Source: an uncultured Gammaproteobacteria bacterium (GTDB lineage: Bacteria; Patescibacteriota; Microgenomatia; UBA10105; UBA927). Taken from it: a DNA stretch of 64,000 nt. The stretch spans positions 44,877-108,876 of the forward strand of contig CAYVAR010000001.1 in the NCBI GenBank assembly GCA_964449675.1, written 5' to 3'. Of the stretch, positions 18,524 through 28,874 are shown in pieces. Position 1 is the first letter of the stretch; each line of letters opens with the position of its first letter. A program made the translations under genes and the position numbers. The notes beneath the pieces were generated by a model. It searched no databases and was not told the origin of the DNA. It saw nothing but the letters and a program-made list of their open reading frames with translations.

Positions 18524-19432
18524 CTAAACTATGACATTTTGTGGATTACCTTGGATAAATTGTACAATATTTTTTGCGACCATTTGAGAAAGTGCAAATT
18601 CTGCTTCATCGGTGTTGAATCCTATATGTGGTGTAATGATAACGTTTGGGAAACTAAATAATGGACGGGTTATGTCCATAGGTTCATTCGTAAGAACATC
18701 AAGTCCAGCAGCAAATATTTTTCCTGATTTAAGATTATCTACAAGTGCTTCTTCATCGATAACTGCTCCTCTACCGGTATTTACTATGACGACAGCTTTT
18801 TTCATGCATGAGAATTCTTTTTTTCCTATCATACCGCGTGTTTTTTCTGTGAGAGGCGCCGTAATAGCGACAACATCACTTTCTTTAAGTAATCTCTCAA
18901 AATCTTCTCGTTTTGATGATGTATTTATGTAAAAAATGTTCATATCAAATCCTTCTTTCGCAATTTCTGCGACACGTCTACCAATATTACCGGATCCAAT
19001 CACTCCAAGCGTTTTGCCTTTTAATTCTTTGCCTTTATATGTACCTGGATTATATACACCCCTACGAAGTTCCGTGCTTGATTGGCAGATCAATCTACTT
19101 GCTGCAAGCATAAGTCCAATCGTATGCTGCGCAACAGCTTCTGTGGAAAATCCTGGACAGCTACAGACAATAATTCCTCGTTGTCGAGCTTGGCTTATAT
19201 CGATCTTTTCATAGCCCGTTGCGGATACACAAATCATACGTAATTTTTTTGCAGCGATGATAGTGTCTTTTGTCATTTCGAATGCAATGACAATATCTGC
19301 ATCCGTCACGCGGCGACACAACACGTCTCTCGATGGTTGATCAGTGTATAGAAATAATTTCCCATAATGTCGTAATTCTTTTTGGTGCTTAGGGTGGATG
19401 ACAATAAAATTATCAATACTTACAATTTTCAT
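18524..19432 (-). CDS. D-isomer-specific 2-hydroxyacid dehydrogenase
   Basis: GSGNIG, VNTGRG, LDV..EP and TPHIG. Confidence 0.92.
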   Translation of the reverse strand: MKIVSIDNFIVIHPKHQKELRHYGKLFLYTDQPSRDVLCRRVTDADIVIAFEMTKDTIIAAKKLRMICVSATGYEKIDISQARQRGIIVCSCPGFSTEAVAQHTIGLMLAASRLICQSSTELRRGVYNPGTYKGKELKGKTLGVIGSGNIGRRVAEIAKEGFDMNIFYINTSSKREDFERLLKESDVVAITAPLTEKTRGMIGKKEFSCMKKAVVIVNTGRGAVIDEEALVDNLKSGKIFAAGLDVLTNEPMDITRPLFSFPNVIITPHIGFNTDEAEFALSQMVAKNIVQFIQGNPQNVIV

Positions 19433-19965
19433 ACGTTTAACAAGGACAGCAGTTGAGGAATTTGTGTGATACCATCTTTATCAGTAAAGTGGCGGGCACC
19501 CTTAATCAGCATATATTTTCCACCCAATCGTTTACTCATTTCTTGTACTGTAAACGCAGTAACGTAGGGGTCGTTGTCAGATGATATACAATAGATTTCT
19601 TTGACGTTCCTTTTTATTGCAGCGTGATTGATTGGTTTTTCCCAAAATAGTCGATGTTCCTTCGTCAGATCGTTGAAATCCCAACCGGCAACGAGAAAGA
19701 GCTTATCAAAAGAATATTTTTCTGCAAGCCGCATACCGAGAAGACACCCAAGACTATGACCAATGACTATAGTTTGATGGTTAATTGTTAATAGTTGATT
19801 GATAAAGGATAGTTGTTTTGTCATATCCGGAAGATCAGTATGTATCGTGGGAAGGTCGGGGAGTAAAATTGTATATTTTTTCTTTTCTAACTCTTCTTTA
19901 AGCCATGGGTACCAATTGCTCTCCGGTTTTTGATACCAGCCTTGAAGAATAAGCGCCTGTTTCAT
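19429..19965 (-). CDS. RBBP9/YdeN alpha/beta hydrolase
   Basis: NWYPWL, GHSLG, SDNDPYV and GARHF. Confidence 0.9.
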   Translation of the reverse strand: MKQALILQGWYQKPESNWYPWLKEELEKKKYTILLPDLPTIHTDLPDMTKQLSFINQLLTINHQTIVIGHSLGCLLGMRLAEKYSFDKLFLVAGWDFNDLTKEHRLFWEKPINHAAIKRNVKEIYCISSDNDPYVTAFTVQEMSKRLGGKYMLIKGARHFTDKDGITQIPQLLSLLNV

Positions 19966-20014
19966 ACTTTAGAGTATGTTCGATTATACCTGAACAAGAT
20001 CGAATAAGAAATTT

Positions 20015-20044
20015 ATGTTATCATGTTTTAAAACAAGATAACAT
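20015..20044. repeat. About 32-bp palindrome, copy 1 of 3
   Basis: ATGTTATCATGTTTTAAAACAAGATAACAT. Confidence 0.75.
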
Positions 20045-20066
20045 GATTTATGTCAGGAGACTTCTG

Positions 20067-20393
20067 TTAACGAAGTTCTTGTAGAAGCCAGTCGTGATAC
20101 TTCTTAGAGACGTGGGAGATGGGGATCTCATAGAGGGCTGGATTGGAGTAGGAGTGAATCGTCATGATCTCTTTTTCAATAGCCTTATACTTTGATGCTA
20201 ATGCATGGCAAAGAAGGATCGTTTCGGAGGCTTTTTCAATGCGATTCTTCCCTGGTGGCCAGAAGTACATCGAGTGGACGCCATCAATAATATTGATACA
20301 CCCAACGAGGCGTTTTTTGAGGAGATGGCGTCCGATATCCTCAGCTTGTTCGCGAGACTGACAGGTGATGTAGGTGAGAATGAGTTGTTTCAT
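20067..20393 (-). CDS. cutA: CutA divalent-cation tolerance protein
   Basis: LVGCINI, SMYFW and HSYSNP. Confidence 0.88.
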   Translation of the reverse strand: MKQLILTYITCQSREQAEDIGRHLLKKRLVGCINIIDGVHSMYFWPPGKNRIEKASETILLCHALASKYKAIEKEIMTIHSYSNPALYEIPISHVSKKYHDWLLQELR

Positions 20394-21340
20394 TATGCTA
20401 GCCCTCTCTTGGCTTTTTCTAGCCAGTTAATAGTTAGTTTTGATGTATCTCGAAGCTTAGTAACGTAATAATTAGTTCGGAGATATATTATCGCATATTG
20501 GGCATGGATTAAGGGAACAAGTGCATCGCGTTCATATGATACAAGCGGCAGCGTCAGTTGGTAATGATTGACAACCAGATCTATGCGCCGTTGTTTTTCT
20601 CCATGAGGAATGTCGAGCGTGTAGTTAGCAAGAAACGTCGCGACGTCGTATATCGCGGCGTTATAGTCCATACATCCCAAATCAAGAAGACAGAGATTAT
20701 CGTCGCGCTTGAGTATGTTTTCTGACTCTAATGTGCCATGGATAATACACCGCCGGAATCGATTATGCGGTAAAGATTGGTATTCTCTAACGACTTGTGA
20801 GACGCGCTGCTCATGAGAATCAGTAAGATAACGATGAAACTTCTTAAACTGTGAGAGAAGGTTAGCAATTCCCATCGTGTCGTAATAGCGCCCGATGCGA
20901 TGGGTATTTTTGTGAATGGTCGCCATGTAATCCGTAAGGCGCAGGAGGTCATCGTCTGTCGCTTTTTGGGGTCGGAGGTACTGACCATCAAAGTATTCCA
21001 TGACGCACAGATAGGATGTTTTTTTCTTGCCTGGTATAGAGAAAGCATATTCGTTACGATCTGTTTTCCGTAGCACAGGAAACGGAACTCCTTGCTTGCG
21101 AAACGAGAGATAGCCCCAGATGTTATCCTGAATCCTTTTTAGTGACTTTTCTTTTGAAAAAATTTTTATAACAAAGTCTCCCTGTGTTGTGGTAGTTTTT
21201 ATATTTAACTCTTGGTAACCATCCGACAAAAATTCGTAGGAACGCAGTGATCCGATGTTGCAAGCACGGCAAGCCTGGTTGAGAAGTTCATCCAGAGAGC
21301 AAGCGATATCGACGCGTTTCAATAGTGACGAATTATCCAT
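20393..21340 (-). CDS. APH/homoserine kinase II-fold protein lacking the catalytic Asp
   Basis: FVIKIF, IHGTLESENI and LLDLG. Confidence 0.75.
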   Translation of the reverse strand: MDNSSLLKRVDIACSLDELLNQACRACNIGSLRSYEFLSDGYQELNIKTTTTQGDFVIKIFSKEKSLKRIQDNIWGYLSFRKQGVPFPVLRKTDRNEYAFSIPGKKKTSYLCVMEYFDGQYLRPQKATDDDLLRLTDYMATIHKNTHRIGRYYDTMGIANLLSQFKKFHRYLTDSHEQRVSQVVREYQSLPHNRFRRCIIHGTLESENILKRDDNLCLLDLGCMDYNAAIYDVATFLANYTLDIPHGEKQRRIDLVVNHYQLTLPLVSYERDALVPLIHAQYAIIYLRTNYYVTKLRDTSKLTINWLEKAKRGLA

Positions 21341-21677
21341 ATGTTATGACGTGTTGCTTCGGATCAAATTTGGGCGTGGTGACCGTGAAGATCGTCACGT
21401 TGCCTTGCCATGCAAACTGTTCTCCTTTATCCAAAAATAGTAAGTCACCAACTTCGAGAGCGTGTTTGGATTTTGTGGTAATAACATATCCACTTCCGGA
21501 GATGACAAAAGCAAGTTCCTTTGAAACCTCATTGACTGCAAATCCGTATTCGGGATAGCGGCCGTTGACTTCTATAGCTGCACCGCTTAAGGACGGTTCA
21601 TCAATAGAATATTCGTGGATCGTCGTTCCAGCAGAGGGAATAATCTTATTTGTTTCTGATTTTTTGACGATCCGCAT
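21333..21677 (-). CDS. Cupin-domain protein
   Basis: ELAFVISGSG and VGDLLFLDKGE. Confidence 0.8.
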   Translation of the reverse strand: MRIVKKSETNKIIPSAGTTIHEYSIDEPSLSGAAIEVNGRYPEYGFAVNEVSKELAFVISGSGYVITTKSKHALEVGDLLFLDKGEQFAWQGNVTIFTVTTPKFDPKQHVITYG

Positions 21678-21702
21678 ACCTAAAAAAAATAATTTCGGCA
21701 AT

Positions 21703-21734
21703 CATGTTACTATGTTTTAAAACATGATAACATG
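21703..21734. repeat. About 32-bp palindrome, copy 2 of 3
   Basis: CATGTTACTATGTTTTAAAACATGATAACATG. Confidence 0.75.
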
Positions 21735-21745
21735 GATACGAGCAT

Positions 21746-22060
21746 TTACTTTTTCAGTTCCCCGGTTTTTGCTGCGGCTTCGAAGAAACGTTTGAAGTAG
21801 ATATTTTGTTCTCCAGGGGTGAATAAGGATAAAACTTCAAACGTTAGGGTCGTCCTTTTTTCCTTAATCACGGCCTCGTGAACCACGCAGTACCCGAAAA
21901 AAGTCCCATCAAATCCTTCCAGAAGCATGGCGATATGTAGTGGGAACATGCGTTCGTTTTCTTTCACTACTGTATATGTATTTCCTACCGTAAGGGTTGA
22001 AGTATCGAGAGAATCCTTGGGTAGCCTAAGAAGTGTATTAAGTTCTGTAAAGTATCCCAT
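21746..22060 (-). CDS. DUF2584-like protein
   Basis: MGYFTELNTLL and KENERMFPLHI pattern. Confidence 0.6.
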   Translation of the reverse strand: MGYFTELNTLLRLPKDSLDTSTLTVGNTYTVVKENERMFPLHIAMLLEGFDGTFFGYCVVHEAVIKEKRTTLTFEVLSLFTPGEQNIYFKRFFEAAAKTGELKK

Positions 22061-22130
22061 GAGAAAATTATATCACTTCAACAAAACTAGATTGTGTTGG
22101 TACATAGAGTACGATGATATAATTAGTATC

Positions 22131-23990
22131 ATGAAATCTGCGGAAGTAAGGAAGAAGTTTATTGAGTTTTACAAAGCGAGGGGGCACGTGGAGGTGCCGT
22201 CGGCGAGCTTGGTGCCGGAGAATGATCCAACCACATTGTTTACCTCCTCCGGCATGCAGCCGCTTGTGCCGTATCTTCTTGGTCAGACTCACCCATTGGG
22301 CAATCGACTCGTCAACAGCCAAAAAGCATTTCGGGCGCAGGATATCGAGGAAGTGGGAAATAATCGCCACACGACATTTTTTGAAATGTTAGGAAACTGG
22401 TCGCTCGGTGATTATTTTAAGAAAGAACAGTTGCCGTGGATCTGGGAATTTTTGACAAAAGAATTGGGTTTACCCAAAGAAAGACTTTATGTATCTGTTT
22501 TTGAGGGAGACAAAAACGTGCCCAGAGACGAGGAATCAGCGGAGATTTGGAAAAAGTTAGGAGTTCCCGAAGAAAAAATTTTTTCTTACGACATTACTAA
22601 AAACTGGTGGTCTCGAGCAGGAGAGCCCAGCAGGATGCCTCCGGGTGAACCAGGCGGACCGGATAGTGAAGTGTTTTACGAATTTACCCAAGTTGAACAT
22701 GATCCAAAATTCGGCAAACACTGTCATCCAAACTGCGACTGCGGGAGATTTATGGAAATTGCAAATTCAGTATTTATGCAATATCGCAAAAACAAAGACG
22801 GAAGTCTTGAGGAGTTGCCTAATAAAAACGTTGATTTCGGCGGGGGACTCGAGCGGTTGGTGGCGGTGACGGAAAATACACCGGATGTGTTTGACACGGA
22901 TTTGTTTTTGCCGATCATTCAAAAAATAGAGGAGGTGACTCACCAGAGTTATTCCGAAGACAAAAATAAAACTGCCATACGCGCTATTGCCGACCACGTC
23001 AAGGCAGCCACCTTTCTCATTGTTGATGGAGTAATGCCCTCAAATAAAGAACGAGGATATATTGTGCGAAGGCTTTTACGAAGTGCATCCGTGAAGTTCG
23101 CTTTCTTGCGGGATAATCCGGGAGAGTATCTCCCCCCCGAATTAACAACGACAGTTTTAACGATGTATGACGGTGTTCACACCATCGACGAAAAAAAACA
23201 AGGAGGAGATGTTTACAGAGTAGTAGAGGAAGAGATTCGCAAATTTCAAAAAACTCTTCATCTTGGTCTTAAAGTATTGCAAAAAACAACGTTCGTTGAC
23301 GGAAGGAAAGCGTTTGATCTCTATCAAACGTACGGATTTCCGCTTGAGGTAACCATTGAAATTCTTAAAGGAAAAGGTAAAACCGTAGAAGATGTTCAAG
23401 GTTTTCATGAGGAATTTAAAAAGCACCAGGAACTTTCCCGCACGGCAGCAAAGGGCATGTTTAAAGGGGGTCTTGCGGATCATAGTGAGGAAGTGACTAA
23501 ACTTCATACTGCTACTCACCTCCTCCATCAAGCACTTCGCGTAGTATTAGGGCCGCACGTTTCCCAAAAAGGTAGCAACATCACCGCCGAGCGATTACGA
23601 TTTGATTTTTCTCATCCGAACAAGCTTACCGACGAACAGCTCAAACGCGTATCTGATTTAGTCAACGAAAAAATTAAAGAAGATTTACCTGTTTCCTACG
23701 AGATTATTGAAAAAGAAACAGCGCTTAGTAGCGGTGCACTTGCGTTTTTTGGTGAGCGATATGGGGAAAAAGTGAAAGTGTATACCATTGGGGGGACTAC
23801 GGCTGAGCCTTCAAAGATCAAGGCTCAGCCTTCTACAAAGCAGCTTGCCAAAGAGAAACAAACGCCATTTAGTCTAGAAATCTGCGGAGGGCCGCATGTT
23901 GCTCAAACAGGCGCACTTGGTCATTTCACTATCGACCGTGAAGAATCGCTTGGATATGGTATTCGGCGAATATATGCAACGCTCACTTAG
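22131..23990 (+). CDS. alaS: Alanine--tRNA ligase lacking the C-Ala domain
   Basis: HTTFFEMLGNWS, DFGGGLER, HTATHLL and EICGGPHV. Confidence 0.96.
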   Translation: MKSAEVRKKFIEFYKARGHVEVPSASLVPENDPTTLFTSSGMQPLVPYLLGQTHPLGNRLVNSQKAFRAQDIEEVGNNRHTTFFEMLGNWSLGDYFKKEQLPWIWEFLTKELGLPKERLYVSVFEGDKNVPRDEESAEIWKKLGVPEEKIFSYDITKNWWSRAGEPSRMPPGEPGGPDSEVFYEFTQVEHDPKFGKHCHPNCDCGRFMEIANSVFMQYRKNKDGSLEELPNKNVDFGGGLERLVAVTENTPDVFDTDLFLPIIQKIEEVTHQSYSEDKNKTAIRAIADHVKAATFLIVDGVMPSNKERGYIVRRLLRSASVKFAFLRDNPGEYLPPELTTTVLTMYDGVHTIDEKKQGGDVYRVVEEEIRKFQKTLHLGLKVLQKTTFVDGRKAFDLYQTYGFPLEVTIEILKGKGKTVEDVQGFHEEFKKHQELSRTAAKGMFKGGLADHSEEVTKLHTATHLLHQALRVVLGPHVSQKGSNITAERLRFDFSHPNKLTDEQLKRVSDLVNEKIKEDLPVSYEIIEKETALSSGALAFFGERYGEKVKVYTIGGTTAEPSKIKAQPSTKQLAKEKQTPFSLEICGGPHVAQTGALGHFTIDREESLGYGIRRIYATLT

Positions 23991-24053
23991 CTTGCTTCCT
24001 CACTCCTTTCTTAGTAGTATGATCGTAGGCCCAAAAGATGCGCCACGTATGTC

Positions 24054-26420
24054 ATGAAACTGCCGGGTGCGATAGCTTCCATTTTTTCCAAAAAACCTGA
24101 ACCAAAAGAGGTGATCCTGTCTCTTCTTCTAGATACCGATGCGGTGTCGGGAGCAATTTGGACGCGCGTAAAAAAAGGGGAAGTATCTGGAAAAAAAACA
24201 ACGCCGTCACTTATAAAAACTGTTAACCGTGATGTATCGCAAGATTTGTGGGAAGAACGATTAAAAGCAGCAGATAGCGCGGTATCGGAGCTAGATGAAG
24301 CAGTTGGAGCGACAAAAATCAACGATGTGGTTTTGGGAGTTCCGGCAGTATATTTAACCCCAGATGGTGATATAGAAAAATCAATACAAAAAGAGATTCG
24401 TCATATAACCTCAACTCTCGATTTAACTCCTATCGGATTTGTGGGTGTGCATCAGGCGATCGCCCATACGCTCAAACGCGATGAGGGAGTACCACCAACT
24501 GTAATTTTGCTTAGTGTTACGAGCGATGCTCTCACCGTAACTTTGTATAAAGTAGGAGTGCTTATCGGACAAAAGATGACAAAAAACGAAGGAGAAGTAG
24601 CGCAAAAACTTGAGCATATCCTCAAAAGCTTTAAAGAACTTGAAATTCTTCCATCACGTATACTTTTGTATGGAAATAATAGGCAAGCTCTTGAGGATAC
24701 ACAAGCAAAACTTCTTCGGTACCCATGGCAGACCAAAGCAAATTTTTTGCACTTTCCAAAAATCGAACTATTACCAACGGATTTTGCTGTGGTTGCTGTA
24801 TCAGTCGCAGGAGCGACAGAGTTATCCCAACAAATGGGTGAAGATATAGAAGAAACATATCCATCTGAAGCCCAAGACACACTTCAAAAACACGAGAACA
24901 TCAATGCAGTACCTTTGAAAGAAGAAACTCCATTGCCAGATGAGGAAGAGAGGAAGATGGGAAGAGAGGAAGATGGGAAGAGAGGAAGATGGGAAGAGAG
25001 AGACAAAGAAAACGAGGAAAATATTGAATCAGAAGACAAGAATGCCCTTGATATTGAAGAGTCAAATGTTACTTTGGTGACGCCTGAAGAGCTGGGATTT
25101 GCGCATGGAGATGGGCTCCATGCTGATGACTATAAGGATAATGCCCAACCACTACCGAAACAATCATCTACTGAAAATAATGGTCCGGAAGACAAAGCTC
25201 ATGAAATGATCACTACAGAAAAGACACCAGCTGTATCATTCTCTCATCTTCCGAAATTTTTTTTCCATCTCCCTATATTACCGAGATCCGCAGTGTTCGC
25301 ACTTTTTGGTTTTATCATCGTGGGTTTTGGAATATTTGGACTTACTGCGTGGTTTATCCCAAAAGTAGCTGTGACGGTTTTTGTCATCCCGCAGCAAGTT
25401 GAGGAGTCAGCCGTCGTGACAATTGAACCAACGGCGACTGTTGTTGACCCACAAAATAAAATTATTCCGGGAAAGAAACAAGAAAAAATAGTAAGCGGCG
25501 AAAAAATAATTCAGGTAACAGGCAAAAAGAAAGTTGGTGAACCTGCAAAAGGAATTGTCACGATATTTAATAAAGCAACAACAAACAAATCGTTCAAAAA
25601 AGGAAGTATCATCGTATCAAATAGTTTGTCATTTACTCTCGATGATGATGTACAAGTGGCCTCGGCAAGTGAAAATTTAATAAGCGGCACAGTGACCTTT
25701 GGGAAAGGAACAGTCGGCATCACCGCATCAGAGATTGGAGGCCAAAGCAATCTTGCATTGGGGAGTGAATTTACTTTTAAAGATATCGCCTCAAGTGTAG
25801 CAATCGCTCGAAACGAAAAAGCACTATCTGGTGGAACAAGTCGCGACGTGACAGTCGTATCGCGTAGTGATTATGATACTCTGACGAAGTCGCTTACTCA
25901 AGATCTCGTAGAGAATGCCAAAAAGGAGCTTGCGACAAGTGTTGAAGGAAGTGAAAAACTTATCGATGAGACAATAAAAACGTCAGTTTCGGAAAAATCT
26001 TTTACCGAAGAACTAGATCAAGAAGCGAGTGAACTTCATGGGAAACTCACCCTCGTTATGTCTGGTATTTCATATAGTGAGCATGACATCGCGTCACTTT
26101 TGTCGTCAGTTGTAGCAGATAAAGTACCACAAGGATATACGGTAGATACGACAAGTGTTACGACATCGATTGAAAATGCACTCATAAAAAAAGATGGCAC
26201 GATAACAGTGTCGACGAGTCTGAAAGGGAGCGCACTTCCTTCTTTAGATATAGAGGAAATAAAAAAGAATATTACCGGAAAAAAACTTGATACATCGCAA
26301 GATTACCTCAAGCGCCTTCCGGGTGTCGGGGGAGCTGAGTTTCGATTCAGATTTTCTCTCTCTAAAGATAAACTTCCTGCCAATAGCCACAATGTTTCGA
26401 TATCGATAGCAATACAGTAA
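24054..26420 (+). CDS. Membrane protein: FtsA/actin-like N-domain, acidic linker, TM helix, baseplate-J-like C-domain
   Basis: Domain pattern read by eye; AKGIVTIFN and GGTSRDVTVVS. Confidence 0.6.
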   Translation: MKLPGAIASIFSKKPEPKEVILSLLLDTDAVSGAIWTRVKKGEVSGKKTTPSLIKTVNRDVSQDLWEERLKAADSAVSELDEAVGATKINDVVLGVPAVYLTPDGDIEKSIQKEIRHITSTLDLTPIGFVGVHQAIAHTLKRDEGVPPTVILLSVTSDALTVTLYKVGVLIGQKMTKNEGEVAQKLEHILKSFKELEILPSRILLYGNNRQALEDTQAKLLRYPWQTKANFLHFPKIELLPTDFAVVAVSVAGATELSQQMGEDIEETYPSEAQDTLQKHENINAVPLKEETPLPDEEERKMGREEDGKRGRWEERDKENEENIESEDKNALDIEESNVTLVTPEELGFAHGDGLHADDYKDNAQPLPKQSSTENNGPEDKAHEMITTEKTPAVSFSHLPKFFFHLPILPRSAVFALFGFIIVGFGIFGLTAWFIPKVAVTVFVIPQQVEESAVVTIEPTATVVDPQNKIIPGKKQEKIVSGEKIIQVTGKKKVGEPAKGIVTIFNKATTNKSFKKGSIIVSNSLSFTLDDDVQVASASENLISGTVTFGKGTVGITASEIGGQSNLALGSEFTFKDIASSVAIARNEKALSGGTSRDVTVVSRSDYDTLTKSLTQDLVENAKKELATSVEGSEKLIDETIKTSVSEKSFTEELDQEASELHGKLTLVMSGISYSEHDIASLLSSVVADKVPQGYTVDTTSVTTSIENALIKKDGTITVSTSLKGSALPSLDIEEIKKNITGKKLDTSQDYLKRLPGVGGAEFRFRFSLSKDKLPANSHNVSISIAIQ
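24944..24999 (+). repeat. Intragenic tandem repeat, 3.5 x 16 bp
   Basis: (GGAAGAGAGGAAGATG)x3 + GGAAGAGA. Confidence 0.9.
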
Positions 26421-26522
26421 TACCAATAGGAGATATTCTTGTAATGAATTATCATGTATGAATTTTTATAGACCTACAAATACTTGAGTTTTTTCCCATA
26501 TAGAGAAAATGGATACAGTGCT

Positions 26523-27275
26523 ATGCTTCTTTATCGATATATAAAATCATCAACTGATAAAAAAAAACGCATACGGATGCCATTTGTATTTTCGATCGTT
26601 CTCATCACAATAGGCTTGAGCATCCTCATGTGGGTGGGATGGCCGATTTTATCTTTCACACTTTTTAATCAATATCTATACGCATCAACTATTTCACCGC
26701 TTGCCAGTGAGATTGATACTGCTATTGGAGGACTCATTTCTCCAGTTGTCTTGGCATCTTCGGGCATCGTTTCTAATAGTAGCAATGCACAACTTACGCT
26801 GCAGAATGCAAATCTCTGGTTTCCGACGCTTCCGCAAAAGAAAGTGGTGACTCCGGTAAATAGCTACAAACTTTCGATACCGAAGCTTAAAATTCTTGAT
26901 GCAGCTGTTCTCATCGCTGGCGATGATCTTATGAAAAGCTTGATCCATTACGGTGGTACTGGATTACCAGGTGAATATGGAAATGCTATTGTCTTTGGCC
27001 ACTCGACACTTCCACAGTTTTTTAATCCAAAGGACTATAAAACGATTTTTTCAACAATTCCCACACTTAAGGAAGGCGATGATATTTTTGTCGTTTACGA
27101 CGGGGTGACGTATCGGTATCAAGTCATTTCTTTGACTGTTTTGCAGCCAACTGATCTATCGGGACTTGAACAACGGTTTGATGATTCGTATCTCACCTTG
27201 GTCACGTGTGTTCCCCCCGGGACCTATTGGCAACGACTCTATGTAAAGAGTCGATTAATACGTCCGCAGACGTAG
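26523..27275 (+). CDS. Sortase
   Basis: GNAIVFGHS, LTLVTCVP and a downstream catalytic Arg. Confidence 0.9.
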   Translation: MLLYRYIKSSTDKKKRIRMPFVFSIVLITIGLSILMWVGWPILSFTLFNQYLYASTISPLASEIDTAIGGLISPVVLASSGIVSNSSNAQLTLQNANLWFPTLPQKKVVTPVNSYKLSIPKLKILDAAVLIAGDDLMKSLIHYGGTGLPGEYGNAIVFGHSTLPQFFNPKDYKTIFSTIPTLKEGDDIFVVYDGVTYRYQVISLTVLQPTDLSGLEQRFDDSYLTLVTCVPPGTYWQRLYVKSRLIRPQT

Positions 27276-27314
27276 ACAGAAATATAACACATACAATGAC
27301 TTTTTTTGCCTACT

Positions 27315-28574
27315 ATGCTTGAAGATAAAAAGCAGCAAGCGATAAACGCGATAAAAAAGAAATTGTTGGGAAAACAATTGTCGTATAACGAGATTTTTTC
27401 CATCATGGACGAAATAGCCAATAAACGATTGGGTCCGGTGCTTACGACATACTTTGCAGCAGCGGGGTTTACCGAAGGGTTTAATGATGAGGAATTGTAC
27501 TTTCTCACAAAAGCAATGGTCGCGACTGGACCACGACTCCATTTTAAAGGTATTGTGGCTGATAAACATTCTACTGGAGGAGTAGCAGGAACGAGGACGA
27601 CCATGATCGTGGTTCCAATTGTTGCAGCCGCAGGTTTTCAGATTCCAAAAACATCTTCACGCGCTATCACATCTCCATCAGGTACAGCAGATACGATGGA
27701 AGTTGTTGCACCAGTGACATTTTCTCCAAAACAGATTGAAGCGATCGTTGCAAAAGTCGGCGGGTGTATTGTCTGGGGAGGACATTTGGGACTAGCTCCT
27801 GCTGATGACATGATCATTCAAGTCGAACAGCCACTTGCCTTTGAATCATTTGATAAAATTATTGTTTCTATAATGGCCAAAAAAGTGGCATCGGGAGCAA
27901 CACACGTGGTACTTGATATTCCCGTTGGTCCGAAGATGAAAATACAACATTTTAGAGACGCAGAAATTATTGAAAAAAAATTTACTTTCTTGGCAAAAAA
28001 ATTTGATATAAAAATAACGACTGATATAAATGAGATTCGTCAAAACGCCGGTCGAGGTATAGGACCGGTGCTTGAAGCGCGGGATGTATTTGATGTGCTT
28101 GAGCAAAAAAAAGGCCGCCCGCTTGCTCTTGAAGCCAAAGCACTACGACTTGCCGGAAAATTATTAAATCTATGCTTTGCCGATACACGAGAGAAAAAAG
28201 ATCTTCTCGGAGATGATGTCGCGCGCGATATCCTCCAATCTGGAAAAGCACTTGCGGAATTACGTGAGATCATAAAAGTACAGGGTGGAGATCCGGCTAT
28301 AGATAGTTCTAAACTGCAACCCGGGAAAGCGACCTACCATGTCACATCACCTCGTCACGGTCATATCGTTTCGATAGACAATAAGCAAATCACGGTACTT
28401 TGCAGAATATTAGGCTGTCCGACTGACAAAAAAGCTGGAATGTTCTTAAATAAGAAACTTGATGAGGAAGTAGACAAGGGTGATATACTATGTACGATTT
28501 ATAGTTCCGATCGCTTTAGGCTAAAAGAAGCAGTCGACACACTCAAGAACATACCAGTATATACGGTAGAGTAA
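27315..28574 (+). CDS. AMP/thymidine phosphorylase
   Basis: DKHSTGGVAG, IPKTSSRAITSPSGTAD and GIGPVLEARD (AMP phosphorylase type). Confidence 0.9.
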   Translation: MLEDKKQQAINAIKKKLLGKQLSYNEIFSIMDEIANKRLGPVLTTYFAAAGFTEGFNDEELYFLTKAMVATGPRLHFKGIVADKHSTGGVAGTRTTMIVVPIVAAAGFQIPKTSSRAITSPSGTADTMEVVAPVTFSPKQIEAIVAKVGGCIVWGGHLGLAPADDMIIQVEQPLAFESFDKIIVSIMAKKVASGATHVVLDIPVGPKMKIQHFRDAEIIEKKFTFLAKKFDIKITTDINEIRQNAGRGIGPVLEARDVFDVLEQKKGRPLALEAKALRLAGKLLNLCFADTREKKDLLGDDVARDILQSGKALAELREIIKVQGGDPAIDSSKLQPGKATYHVTSPRHGHIVSIDNKQITVLCRILGCPTDKKAGMFLNKKLDEEVDKGDILCTIYSSDRFRLKEAVDTLKNIPVYTVE

Positions 28575-28675
28575 TGTAAAGCTCAAATGTCAAAACTCAA
28601 AACTATAGCGTAAATCTTAAAACTTTTTAGATTTGGGTTGTCGTTATGCGTTTTGAACTTTGCGTTTTGAGTTTG
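28575..28675. repeat. Short-tandem-repeat hairpin element
   Basis: TCAAAAC 7-mers facing GTTTTGA 7-mers; a half copy lies at 7141-7175. Confidence 0.65.
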
Positions 28676-28679
28676 GTAT

Positions 28680-28874
28680 ATGTTAAAGAACATCATTGCG
28701 CCAGTGCAAGCGTGGTTACTTTCTCAGGGTAAATGCGTGGGGTGCGGACGAGACCTTACTAAAAAGCAAGGGAAGGGATTTATACGGGTAGATTGCATGT
28801 GTGGGCGTATATATATGTATGACTCTGATGCTCGTAAATACAAAAGGGCGACACTTGATGAAATTAACAAATAA
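28680..28874 (+). CDS. Small zinc-ribbon protein
   Basis: CVGC...CMCG. Confidence 0.7.
   Translation: MLKNIIAPVQAWLLSQGKCVGCGRDLTKKQGKGFIRVDCMCGRIYMYDSDARKYKRATLDEINK

Noticed and set aside
19997-20023. dif-like site
   Set aside because: The spacer is 5 rather than 6 nt, and the right arm belongs to the dispersed palindrome
24944-24999. CRISPR array
   Set aside because: Perfect tandem units without spacers; no cas genes in the window
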